From contig CP075493.1 of the NCBI GenBank assembly GCA_021613535.1, positions 15,810,001 to 15,874,000 of the forward strand: a DNA stretch of 64,000 nucleotides, in the 5' to 3' direction. Source of the DNA: Adineta vaga. Lineage: Eukaryota; Animalia; Rotifera. The stretch's first letter is position 1. Each line of letters begins with the position of its first letter. Shown piece after piece: positions 1-11,191 of this stretch. The position numbers and the translations under genes were made by a program. The notes under the pieces are model-generated. The model saw nothing but the letters and a program-made list of their open reading frames with translations. It did not search any database and was not told the DNA's origin.

Positions 1-1718
1 TTATATTCCTCAGCCTATGATCTCAAGTGATTACCGACCGATTTTTTCGTTCTTTCTCGCAAAAAAAAACAATCGGAAGAAAAGAAAGTTCCAACATTTC
101 ACAAACACATACCAGACCGTTTCGGTTTGGATTTGAATGCTGAGTTTGCATATAGCTCAGGTTTAGATTTCTTTGCTGCTCCGATGTCGAAACCTTCGGT
201 ATTGACTTGAAACTCCATACTTAAATCCTTAGTAAGTACTACGAACTCAAGAAACTCAAATAATTTAGGTTCGACGTGTGTCTGATTGAACTATCCCATT
301 CAAACTTCTACTCGCACTTTCAAGCAGTATGAGTTTGGTTTTGGATTTGTTGCATGTCTAACTCCATGCATAGCTATCTACATTTTTCTATTCTCAGTAC
401 TTTTCTGGAGATTCTGAAAGTGTTCTATCACCTTTCTGTCTGATTTTGATCGAGTCAACGTGTTTTCGAAACACGGATTCGTTTGAGCTTTGTCTGCATT
501 TCTTAATGTCCGTTTTTAAACTCAATTCAATTAGCGTAAATCGCGCCAAGATGTGAATCTTCTTGAACTCGCACACATGTAATGTAGAAGCGTTTTTCGT
601 CTAGACTCGAGAGAACGTTTCCGAGTGTTTCTGGTGCTAAGCGGTAAATATTTAATGAAAATCTAAGTATTTACTTACCTAGCTCTTTCAAATTCGTGTC
701 ATCTCTTGAGTTTGCAGGATTGATAGTCATGCGTGTGTCAGCTGAAGCTGCATAATTCATTCTGTACAGCAAATAGAATGATGTAATGATGACGGCGGCT
801 GAGCTTCCTTTCTTTCTTTCTTTCTTTCTTTCTACCGTGAATGACTTGGAAATTGTGTCGTCTGAAGGGTAGAAAAAAATATAGAAGAAGTTTGTATATC
901 TGACAAGGCAAAAACACGTGATTTGATGTAAAGAACGAAAAAAGCTGAGAAACACTATCCCTGTGGAAGTTTTCTGCCTCTGAATACATCCACAAGTGCA
1001 CTTTTGATGATTTGCTGATGCGTTTAAAGCGCTTTTATTAGGAAGAAATGGTCGGATAGGAATACAACTTTTCGGAGAGGATGTGGGTCAGGCTATACTC
1101 TCAACCCACACCCGTCTGCTCACAATCTTAAATCCAAATCATTATCACCAGAATTGAACAATCAGAAGCCTACTAGAGCATCGAAATCCCACAAATTGGA
1201 GAAAAAATAAATACATCATTTACCTTTTCACAGTCTTAGGATATAAAATATAATTTCCAAAGACATCTATCTCATTTTCAATATTCTCAGTTAATTAATA
1301 ACACAGATTTCTTTTTTAAATTAAACTTTTAGAATTTGTCGAAGATTGACAGATTAATGAAAACTAAAACGAAAAATGTGTATGAGTGTCAGATTAAGAT
1401 TGTAATTATAAACATACATTAACGAAAGAGATGAATTCCCAGTGTTAACATGTCTTCTGTTGATAATACAATAAACCACATAAATACATCAATTTCAATA
1501 ATAGTTATTAGTGTATCATTTATTAATCTTATAATTGCTTTTATTAGTCATATATTGGGTGTGGGTGTGAATATTCTTATCTTCTGTCACTCATATCCAC
1601 ACCCGCACTCACCCACCCTCAAGATCAATTTATTCACGAGAATAATAATGGTGATGACATTTTAGAATCTGGTGGTGGTGATTCAATTATTATTAATGCT
1701 CCTGCATATGATCCATTA

Positions 1719-2777
1719 TTGTTTATTCCAGAACATAAATTCAATGAAAAAAAAATGACAACAGAAAATCTTTGGAGTATCCAAGACGCCATTATTTACA
1801 CTCTCAATAAATATTTGTCGAAAAGAGAGACTTTACAAAAGTGGTCTTGCGGTCTTGATATTCGTCTTATTCATCAAGGGTTACATGTCTCGTCAAATCA
1901 TCGACGCCGAATGCTCAAATATGCCATACAAGATGTTCTTGCATTAGCCGATATCATTTGGTTTATGTACAAATCTTCAAATATGAATATGAAATTAGGA
2001 GCGTATTTTTTGAATTTACAAAAACATTTTGTTTCTCCTTTGTCCTCTTCAGCAAAATTTCAACCGGCAACATATCAATCTTTATTTGGTGATACGGACG
2101 ATCATGAAGATGATATGAGAATCGTTCATGTTTCAAATGAACATCCACTATCATTCTTCTTTCATCCACCACCATCAATGGTACCAACTGACCATCAAGT
2201 ATCATCAGCACTTCGTCCATCATGTGAACCATTAACAACAACAGTACTTCCACCAGTCGAACCAACAACAAATGAATCACCATTCATTCCAACATCATCA
2301 ATAGCTGATCTTCCAATAGATATTTTAGCTACAGTTCTTGATGTTCCATTAACTACTGGTGTTGTTCTGCAAAGTGTTTTATTTGCAGCTGCAGTTGTAC
2401 CTGGTTAATCAGATGATATTACATCTATTCCAAGTGAATTTGAAACAAGTGTTCAAATTGTTGAAAACCGTCAAGTTCAAATAATCGATGTTGATTTAAA
2501 TGTTCATCAAGATCCTCTACACTAATCATCAACAAAACCAAGAAAATCGAAAAGAAAACGTTCTACAACAGCTCAACAACATCGAAAAAGCCGGTACCGT
2601 TATGAAGTTATTCGACAAATTAGTTGCCCTCTCAATGATGTCAAGATGATCTTGTGGTGTTATCGAATTCAGTATGTCAACCTGAATCCAGTTGGGCCAA
2701 CATTATTTATTGCTGTTAAGAATCATGCACTTCAACAGCTGTACGACACATTACTCCCGGTGCATGTGTTTTTGTAA
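1719..2777 (+). pseudogene. DEDDy-type 3'-5' exonuclease ORF relic of the kind carried by Terminon (Athena) retroelements
   Basis: SIQDAIIYTLNKYLSKRETLQKWSCGLD...RRRMLKYAIQDVLAL resembles the ExoIII YxxxD motif. It is followed by a P/T/S-rich linker and a basic RKRS...RYRYEVIR tail broken by stops. The 5' Exo motifs are not seen. Confidence 0.5.
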
Positions 2778-3385
2778 ACCAAGTGGAGGGAGAGGTGTCA
2801 GAATCACCATCTGTATTGGATGAACGATCCTTCGCCTACGTTCTCTTTTATCTTTCTAGCCGTCATTGGACGGCAACTCGTTTGTTTTCTTCTCGAGCCA
2901 GTTGTTGTTTTTTTTCTTTGAAATAAAGGTAGTCGGAAAGACCGAAACTCGAATATCAACCTTTTTGTCTTCGTGAGAACCGGATCCTAACAAGAGACAT
3001 AAGCAAGTAAGTAGACAGTTTATGTTTGTTAGACTCTTCTCTGCGAGAACCAGAAAAAATATTTCTTCATTGCAGCCTTACTAAACGTAAAAAAATTAAA
3101 AAAACGTTATCTACGTTAGGGGTAAAAAGGAAAAAGTCATTCTTTCTTTCTTTCTTTCTATACCAGAACTATGAAAAAGGCTCCTTTTTCTTTTTCTTGG
3201 AAAATTTCTTCGTGTTGGGAAAATATTTCTCTTCTTGGAAAAACGTTCTCTTTCTTACACAAATTCTTCCCTTTCTCGGAAAAATGTTTACCTGTTTGGA
3301 GAAGGTCTTCTATTTCTCAGAAAAACAGAAAAGTAAAGGTTCCTCAATTTCAATTGTTCTTGATCAAACTTTATAGACAAAGTGT

Positions 3386-3794
3386 GATTTGGTGCGTTAT
3401 AACGTTTTCCGGGAAACTCAATTTCTATCATGGAAATTAGGTTCATTATGGACTTTTGTTTATGACTGCCATAATGGACATGATTTCCATGATAGATATT
3501 GGGAAATTCTCGATTATGTCCATTATGTCCATTACGGCAGTCATGAACAAAAGTCCATAATGGATAGTATATCCATTTTAAGATGTTGGACTAGTTTTGA
3601 CTGTGCTAGAAAACATAAATCTCGTCACCCTCATCACCCTTCGTGACACCCTCAATGAAAATTTTGTGTATTGGGTTTAGAATAACCAATTGGACTATCG
3701 ACAGTTTTTGGAAAATAATTTTTTGGATTTCCGGGAAACTGATCTTACATTCGAATACATTTTATTTCCGGGAAAACGTTATAACGCATCATAT
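3386..3794. mobile_element. MITE with ~25-bp TIRs, Mutator-like from its 8-9 bp TSD
   Basis: ggtgcgttataacgttttccgggaaa (3391) pairs with tttccgggaaaacgttataacgcatc (ending 3790). Direct repeat acaaagtgt at 3377-3385 and 3795-3803. Internal hairpin at about 3461-3546. Confidence 0.7.
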
Positions 3795-6272
3795 ACAAAG
3801 TGTTTTTGTAACGAAGATATCGTTTGCGTGAAGAACCGAATTTCCATAAATTTTGAAAACTAACGACAGATCCAAGCTCTTCAAGCCCGATTACCATTCG
3901 CTCAACTCTTAACAGAAACGTTTTTCATAAAAAGTGCTCCTTAAAAAGTTTTGAAAAAACGGATCCCTGATTCGAGTTCATCGCCTCCGAACTCTTTTAG
4001 TCAAGTTCCATAGGATATTATAATAACTAATGATCAGTTAATAATGAATAATTATAAACTGAAAATAACCCCAGATTTGAGCTCTTAACCTTCGATTACG
4101 CTTCGATTAAATTTTATAGAAAACAATCCCTTTTGGTTCCACTTTGTTCTTGAGTTAATCAGTGAAGTGCAGACAAACAAACTAGCAAGTGATTATATAA
4201 TTCAGGTTTGCCACACTCTTTTCTACGAGACAAAATATCCTAAGTTGTTTGACAATAATTTCCTGCGAGTTGATATGTAAATGACTGTTTGTTTCAATTT
4301 CTTTGTGTTTTCATTCTATCCTATTACTTACTTTCAATATTAAAACAAGCCCCATAATACGCAAACTTTTTTCTCTTAGAACTTCTCCATTTTTCTTTTC
4401 ATCCTATTTTAATTCTCTACCTCTAAATAGTCTCCGATTAATAGATGAAAATCGGTTATAGTAGAACTTGTCCTTCTTTTCGTCCATATAATCTCAATTC
4501 TCAAATCTGAGAATAAATCTCGATGAGGAAAGGATCATCTTTGATTTGACTTTCATCGTTTTCTCTCTCAAGTGCATATGATCCTACAAGCGTAAGAAAA
4601 AATTCTTTGAAGTAAGTAAAGAACATTTGTTTGAGTTTCCTCCATGTTTCAGTTATCTTATTCTATATTCTTTTTGTCTTAAAATAACTATCGATCATAT
4701 AAAGACATCCTATACTTTGCATTGTCCAAATTCTTCCCATCTCCCACTCTTAGAATCAGTTAGAATAAAAAAAGCAATATCTTTTCGGTGAAGTTTCTTT
4801 TTCTTTTCATCTCAGTTTAAGCCGCACACTTTTTGAGAATGAGTCTTCTGGTACATAGATAAATAGTTTCGATACCAGAATCTGTTTATCTTGCGATTGG
4901 ATTTATTTCGATTCTCAACCATCCCAATAGATCTCGATCAATCTATATGTAGATCTTTTATTAGGATTACTTTGTTTTTTCATTTTATCTGGTTTCAAGA
5001 GTTAGAAAATCTATATCTTCCGAATAGATTTAAAGCTTTTATAAGGATTTTTCTCTTTTAAGTTAACTGCATCTAGATTCAGATCTATCATAGTAGAACT
5101 TGTGCATCTTTTAGTCCAATTTTCTTTTGTCTTAGTGCTTCATCTTATCCCACTTCCCGACTTACATGATGAGTTCCAATGATAGATGGAGTTCTTCTAT
5201 TTGAGTTTCTACATTATATTAATCCCCCTCCCCAAAATAGACGGCCACCCCATATTAGAAGGCCAATGACCCTCTATTCTGGGGCTTTATTGCAGTGAAT
5301 ATTCTTTTATTGTTTCTAAAAACTTACCTTATAAAGATGACTTATTAGGATATTCTCCAAATATCATCATGAGTTCTTGATGGTAAAATTGAGTTAAGTT
5401 TTTACCAACTCAACCGAATGTGCTGAAAATTTGGTTTTAGAGATTTTGGATAATGCTGAACAATATGAGAAGATAAAATTAAAACTAAAAATTATGAAAA
5501 GTACTTTGACTTGTTGAAGGGTCTCTTCGATGATTTCATAATCATTCAGTTATTTTTATCAGCCTCTTGATAATTTAAGGGTAACCTCCCCCTTCTGACA
5601 CTTTTCGAGAACGGCTCATCAGAAAATCTTAAAACTTTCAGAACGAATAGATTTTGATGAATAGCGCAAAAGTTGTTGTAGACTCGAGGTTCCCAAATCC
5701 TACCTTATAGGAGATATCATGGTCCTGATGGCTCAAAAAAGACCCCGTTATAGCTCCTCTTTTTCAACCACAGTACATCCGGTAGGAGGGCTGAAATACT
5801 TTTACAGATACTTGACATTGTTTAAGGGCGCTACTTCTTTTTGTTTCTTTGTATCTCGTTCTACTCGAAAAAACATACCAGAAGTCCAAGAACTCCCCGG
5901 AAAGAAACATGTTTTTTGGAAGTAGTGCTGTTTTTTCAAACTCTGCTAGAAACCAACAGTACATTATATTTTGAAACAAAGAAAGTGATCTCCCGAAACA
6001 TTATTTTTTCTATCAATAGAAGAAAGTTTTATCTCAATGAAATGTACTTCGGAGAGGGAACGGGAGTGAGTCTCCACTTTTTTTCCTCGAACACTCAGTT
6101 TTCAGGAAAACCGAAATAAAATGAAAACTTCGATGTTTTAGCTAGTGGACAACTTGGAGCGTATACTGAATTTGTCGATAGAATGTTCTTTTCAAATAAA
6201 TAAATATTATTTTAAAAGTTCTTTTCGGTGTTAATAGATATTCTGCTAATATTCAAGATTTAAAATAAACGT

Positions 6273-7049
6273 ATGGCTACTAATCAAAATGATTTGAGTG
6301 ACAAGTTATCAAATTTATCAATTGAAAGGCAAGACAGAATAGAAAATAACGATGGAATTCATTCTAATTGGTCAATTCCACATTCGATTAGAGATGGATC
6401 TTCATTTCGATGTCAATTGACACTCAAACAATTAATTGATCGACAAATAAGTCAAAGATATTTTCAAGAATTATTATATATAATTGAACAAGATAATCAA
6501 ATTTTAGATTTTCATATGCGATTACGTCCATGTCGCCAAGAAGGTTTAATTGTAGATTTCATATACAATGACAAAGAAATTCGGTCAGGTCCAGTCAATG
6601 GTGGTGTGTGCATTTCATGTGATATGGACAATAAATTATCGCAACTTAGTTCGATACAACAAAATTCCACAACTTCTATTTGGTTAGATGCACAACTAAG
6701 AAAGAAATTAATTGTTACACCAAAACGACATATTGAACGATTATCAGATATGACCGATGAAGAAATGATACTATTCTGGAAGGATACACAATTGATCCTG
6801 AATGAAGTCGGAGTAAATTGGCAAAGTATGATTATTAATCATGGATTATACAGAAATCATTTTCATCTTCATATGAAAATCAATATTGAACAAAATCAAT
6901 GGAATCAGTTTATTCAAAATAGATACAAAGATAAAATTGAACAAATGAATGATTTACTCTCATCCAGTGAAGACAATCCTATACAACAATATTTTGGGGA
7001 TCGGCAATTTAATCACCGGAGTCCAATAAAAAAGCTGCCACAACGTTAA
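6273..7049 (+). CDS. HIT (histidine triad) family nucleotide hydrolase, intronless
   Basis: 258-aa ORF with CISC, LIVTPKRHIERLSDMTDEE and NHFHLHMK (HxHxH triad). Confidence 0.75.
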   Translation: MATNQNDLSDKLSNLSIERQDRIENNDGIHSNWSIPHSIRDGSSFRCQLTLKQLIDRQISQRYFQELLYIIEQDNQILDFHMRLRPCRQEGLIVDFIYNDKEIRSGPVNGGVCISCDMDNKLSQLSSIQQNSTTSIWLDAQLRKKLIVTPKRHIERLSDMTDEEMILFWKDTQLILNEVGVNWQSMIINHGLYRNHFHLHMKINIEQNQWNQFIQNRYKDKIEQMNDLLSSSEDNPIQQYFGDRQFNHRSPIKKLPQR

Positions 7050-8086
7050 AAAAAAGCTTAATCAGCTTCAAATATAAATAAATTATAAACTAAACTTATA
7101 CAGATTCATTCTAATTTTTTATGATTAATCACAAACATTTAGTAAACTTTTAATCGTTTTCTCCAAATATATAGCAAATTAGTTTTAAAAAGGAATTATA
7201 GAAAAGTATTTTCTTTTGCTTTTTTCTTAAGAGTAAATTTCTGAGAGACTCAGACGGTCGTGATACAATTGGCATCTCAGAACTTGCCGATTCTTTTTAT
7301 GGAAGAGGGGGACATTGATGTAGGTATCCCATAAAAATTTCAGCTTTATCAGACAACTTCTTCCTAGTTAAAAAACCAAAATAGGAAAAAAAAACTTTGA
7401 AAACTTTTACTAATAATTTTTATGTGACTTTTTTTTAGTAAAAATGACTTTTCTACTACGTTCTTTTGGACTTTTGACTTTTCGTTTTTTTTCTATAACT
7501 ACTAAGGAGTTGCACCTCTGCATACAAAATTTCAGGAGTTTCCAACAATTCTTACGGATTCTGGAAGCCTCACGAGAAGGGTCTACATTCATATTTTTCA
7601 TGAAAATGTTAACCTACCGTATTCCATGAGGCAACAGCCGATTGTTCTGATATTTCTACCAGTGATAAGCTATACGAATGGTTATATTCATAGACTTTTT
7701 AGCTTTCGCATTTAAAGAAAAGGGACATCTTTCGTCACAATCCATCAGATGCCATATTTACTACACATATTCACTTCCAACAACATTTTCGTAACTAAGA
7801 CAGTTATGTGGAGTACGAAACTCTTTAATATATGAATCATATATACTTTTCTCAAACTCGTCCACTCTATACCGAGTATAGCATAATGATTGCAACATTT
7901 AGTTTTTGCTAATATCTTAGCAGAGATCAACCATACAATCTTGATTCTTTTCTGAAAAGATGCGATGAGGAAAGTTCTATTGTAACCTTAAAAATAAACC
8001 TCTGCTGACATTTATCCATAATGTTTTCTATATTGAAAATGAATAGACCACACGATGATGCAATGCTTCATCGCCTTCAACAGGAG

Positions 8087-8101
8087 GTGAGGGTGTGAGG
8101 G
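8087..8101 (+). repeat. Telomere-type repeats (GTGAGG/GTGTGAGG) at the end of a minus-strand Terminon 3' end
   Basis: gtgagggtgtgaggg directly adjacent to the hammerhead at 8110-8149. Confidence 0.6.
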
Positions 8102-8109
8102 TAAGTATT

Positions 8110-8149
8110 CATGACCGGTTTCGACCTTTCTCAAGGGTCTTCTCAAATG
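8110..8149 (-). ncRNA. Minimal type I hammerhead ribozyme, U3/A8 core variant
   Basis: Minus strand reads cat TTGAGAA gacc-cttgagaaa-ggtc GAAA ccg GTC atg. Stem II is gacc/ggtc; stem III is the palindrome accggt. Confidence 0.75.
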
Positions 8150-8257
8150 GCTTATCTATTCTAATTCGATTTTAAATAAATTCAATTTCAAAACTAAAAT
8201 TCGATTCATTCAAAATCAATTCAAACAGTCAATGCTACTGTTATAAACTGAATTCAA

Positions 8258-8291
8258 TTTCGAACCTATTAAAGTTCTTTTCAAATGGCTT
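8258..8291 (-). ncRNA. Degenerate hammerhead repeat unit
   Basis: TTGAAAA gaac-tttaatag-gttc GAAA; stem III and the cleavage triplet are lost. Middle unit of a ~145-bp spaced array. Confidence 0.5.
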
Positions 8292-8396
8292 GTTACTTTA
8301 AAATTGATTAAATTCAGCTAATTTCAATCAAAATTTGACTGAAACAAGTATTTTTCAATCAACATGTAGCATAAATGCACTGTTTGTGAGTACAAG

Positions 8397-8443
8397 AAGC
8401 CATGACCGGTTTCGAACTTTTCGGGGTTCTTATCAAATGACTT
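8397..8443 (-). ncRNA. Minimal type I hammerhead ribozyme, U3/A8 core variant
   Basis: aagtcat TTGATAA gaac-cccgaaaa-gttc GAAA ccg GTC atggctt. Stem I is aagtcat/atggctt. Confidence 0.8.
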
Positions 8444-8640
8444 ACAACCTTAAAATCGGTCAAGATTATTCAATTTCAATCTAAACAGATCAAAATTAAC
8501 TAATTCAATTGAAAACAGATTAACTTATATATGTACGATACAAATTAATCTGCTAATTTCAACTTTTGCTTTTCAGCAATCGATCTTCGATGCCAAATAA
8601 ATAATATATATGTATATATAATAGATATCTAATTAGAAAT

Positions 8641-8717
8641 AAATGCAGAATTTGCTTTGCCGACGCGTTTCGTGTATTTATTTAAAAATAAAAAACACTC
8701 TTCAGAGCTCTGCATTT
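8641..8717 (-). ncRNA. Hammerhead ribozyme, canonical core
   Basis: CTGAAGA gtgt...acac GAAA cgc GTC with palindromic acgcgt. Extended stem I is aaatgcaga/tctgcattt. Confidence 0.8.
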
Positions 8718-8890
8718 ATAAAAAAAATAGAAAAATTAACGAAAAATAAAGAAAATTAACGAATTAAACGAAAGCTTGATTATATAATAATAGAATAGAT
8801 TGAGGGGCAACCGATGAAGTTTACTTTTATGTATAAGTCAATCAGGTGCTTTTCTTTTCTCTTATTATTAGTTTTTCTTTATGTTTACAG

Positions 8891-10164
8891 GAAGGAACAC
8901 CATTAAGGCCAATTATATCCTCAATCAATACACCAACAACTGGGATTTCCAAATTTCTCGATCGATTACTTCGACCATTATTTGATAAACATGTTCGTTC
9001 AACCATAATTATTGATGGAGTTGATCTCATTCATCGACTCGATACATATGTTGCAAATGGTTTGTTAAAACCAACAACTTATTTGTGTACATTTGATACC
9101 ATTCGGAAATTAGCTCGTCTTGTCATTACAGAAAATGTCTTTACATATGATAAGAAATACTATCGACAAATTATTGGTGGTGCAATGGGATCTGCATTTA
9201 CCTTAACATTAGCAAATATTTTCATGTGGAAATGGGAAAAAGAGTTAGTAAATAAACAATCAACTGCTAACGAAATCTACGGACGGTATGTTTCCTCAGT
9301 TTGATAGAAACTTTTCTTAGTTATTTAATCAATTTGTTCTTCTCTCTCGTAGGTATATAGATGATATTTTCTTTACTTCCAATGAATCATTGGATCAAAT
9401 TAATGAAATGTTGGATAAAATCAATAGTTTTCATCCAAATATAAAACTCGTACGACAAATTGGATCAAGTGTATCATTTCTAGATGTATACGTTGAAAAC
9501 AAAGAAGGTGTTTTGGCTACATCAGTTCACCACAAAGAAGCAGCTGAACCATATGTCGTACCATTCACATCTGATCATCCTAGACATATATTTAGGAATA
9601 TCATTCGTACAGCTTTGTTACGAGTCGTCCGCTTTTCTTCGACATTAGCTACATTCGAAAATGAACGACGATCAATCAAGCTAATGTTATTATACAACGG
9701 GTCAGTTTCAGATACATACTTCAAACTCTATTTATCATCCTCACATATTTAGCTATCCTCCACGATTTATTTCTACGCAAATCGTGAAATTTTTCAATGA
9801 AAATGGAATAGATCCAACACTGGCACAAACTATTCCAGATGAACACGTATTCATCATTCTACGTCGTCAACTACTAGCCAAACCAACTATTCAACAGATG
9901 GCATTAGAATCTCGATTATCGACAATTACCTGTTCAACTGATGAAGATCCAGCAAATAATCAAAACCTCCCAGCCAAAGCCAAAAAGAAATCGAAATGGG
10001 ATAATAATATCATTATCCATTATAAACATGAAAGTCGACTTAACAGATACAAAACAGATATTCATAAAATTTGGAATAACACCTTCCGTCAAACTCCAGT
10101 CACTCATACACGGCTAATAGTAGGAACCAAAAACAATCCAAATACGGAGAGACAATTGACATAA
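8891..10164 (+). pseudogene. Athena (endonuclease-less Penelope-like) reverse transcriptase fragment with two introns
   Basis: PLRPIISS, GGAMGS, R|YIDD (intron 9286-9352), FLDV, SDHP, NG|YPP (intron 9701-9752). No GIY-YIG domain follows. 5'-truncated, with an in-frame deletion after CTFD. Confidence 0.9.
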
Positions 10165-10714
10165 CAAACAACAGCTCGTCGATGAAATAGAAAACGAACA
10201 TAACGATCCATATAAAATGAACACATATTCCTATCTTTTCCTTCTTTGTACTGTAAATAAAAATTAAAAGCAAAATTCAAACTTTCTTCTTCTAAACAAA
10301 CCCTAACTAATGCAGAAACATAAAAATAAAATTGTCAAATAAACAGTCTTTTTAAAAAATAACTTTCTAACCAAAACTTACTTTCAGACATAATCCAAAG
10401 AAAATCAGCTTTGCCGACAGTTAGAAAAAACAACACAACAGCGAAAAAACACAAACTGAACACTCTATCCAATCATTTTGGCCATCTCCATCAGATTCTA
10501 TCCAAATATATCGACATGTCTTTATTCATACATATGCAACCGTCCGTATAAATTCTCCTACGACACTCTACTCTTTGACTCCTAAAGATGTCGCCCTATT
10601 ATAGTCTTACGACCTAATCACCGACTTATTTCTCAATCAAACCATTCAATATATAAGGAAACCACAACTAGAATAAAATATGTTGGAATACAAACCAACT
10701 AAAAACATACAACA

Positions 10715-10763
10715 CAACCGTCTGAAGAGTCCACCAGCAAGGACGAAATCATGATCACGGTTG
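10715..10763 (+). ncRNA. Minimal type I hammerhead ribozyme at the Athena/Terminon 3' end
   Basis: caaccgt CTGAAGA gtcc-accagcaa-ggac GAAA tcatg ATC acggttg. Perfect 7-bp stem I, 4-bp stem II, palindromic atcatgat. Confidence 0.92.
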
Positions 10764-10769
10764 CTATAC

Positions 10770-10803
10770 TCACACACACACACACATCCACCCACATCCA
10801 CAC
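10770..10803 (-). repeat. Reverse-complement telomere-like tail after the hammerhead
   Basis: tcacacacacacacacatccacccacatccacac, a degenerate (CCCACA)n. Confidence 0.6.
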
Positions 10804-11191
10804 TGTGATATAATAAGGATTATCTCGAAACCAAATTCGGAATCTTCTGATATCAGAGTGGCATTACCGTAAGTATATAAGTAAGTAAGGAAGTAAGAAA
10901 GAAAAAGCGAAGTGGAAAGCGGTATAATGAGGAGTAAGTAGAAAGTTGATGAAGGTAGAAAAAAAAGTTACAAATGATTAGAACTATCTTTTATGGGTTC
11001 CAGTAAAGGAGGATATCAACGAAGAAAAAGGTCGAAAGACCATTAATAGGGCTTTCAAATGGCCTTTGTGAAACTGGTCATAGGTGCATACTCATTATCA
11101 CGTTGTTACGTGAAAAAAGGTGTATTTTCAAATTCGAAAAGTAGCAGAATTGAGACCATAAATGTGTTACGCTCGTGATTTTAGACGAAAA

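Noticed and set aside
5220-6180. Probable DNA-transposon fragments (also 1-1000, 3020-3360, 7250-7630, 13200-13810)
   Set aside because: No paired termini or TSD could be established by eye.
8110-8460. Regularly spaced repeats reminiscent of a CRISPR array
   Set aside because: Eukaryotic context, no cas genes, and the repeats are hammerhead units.
11040-11086. Possible further hammerhead (gaaactggtcat)
   Set aside because: The CUGANGA/UUGANAA core and stem II cannot be identified; relic at best.
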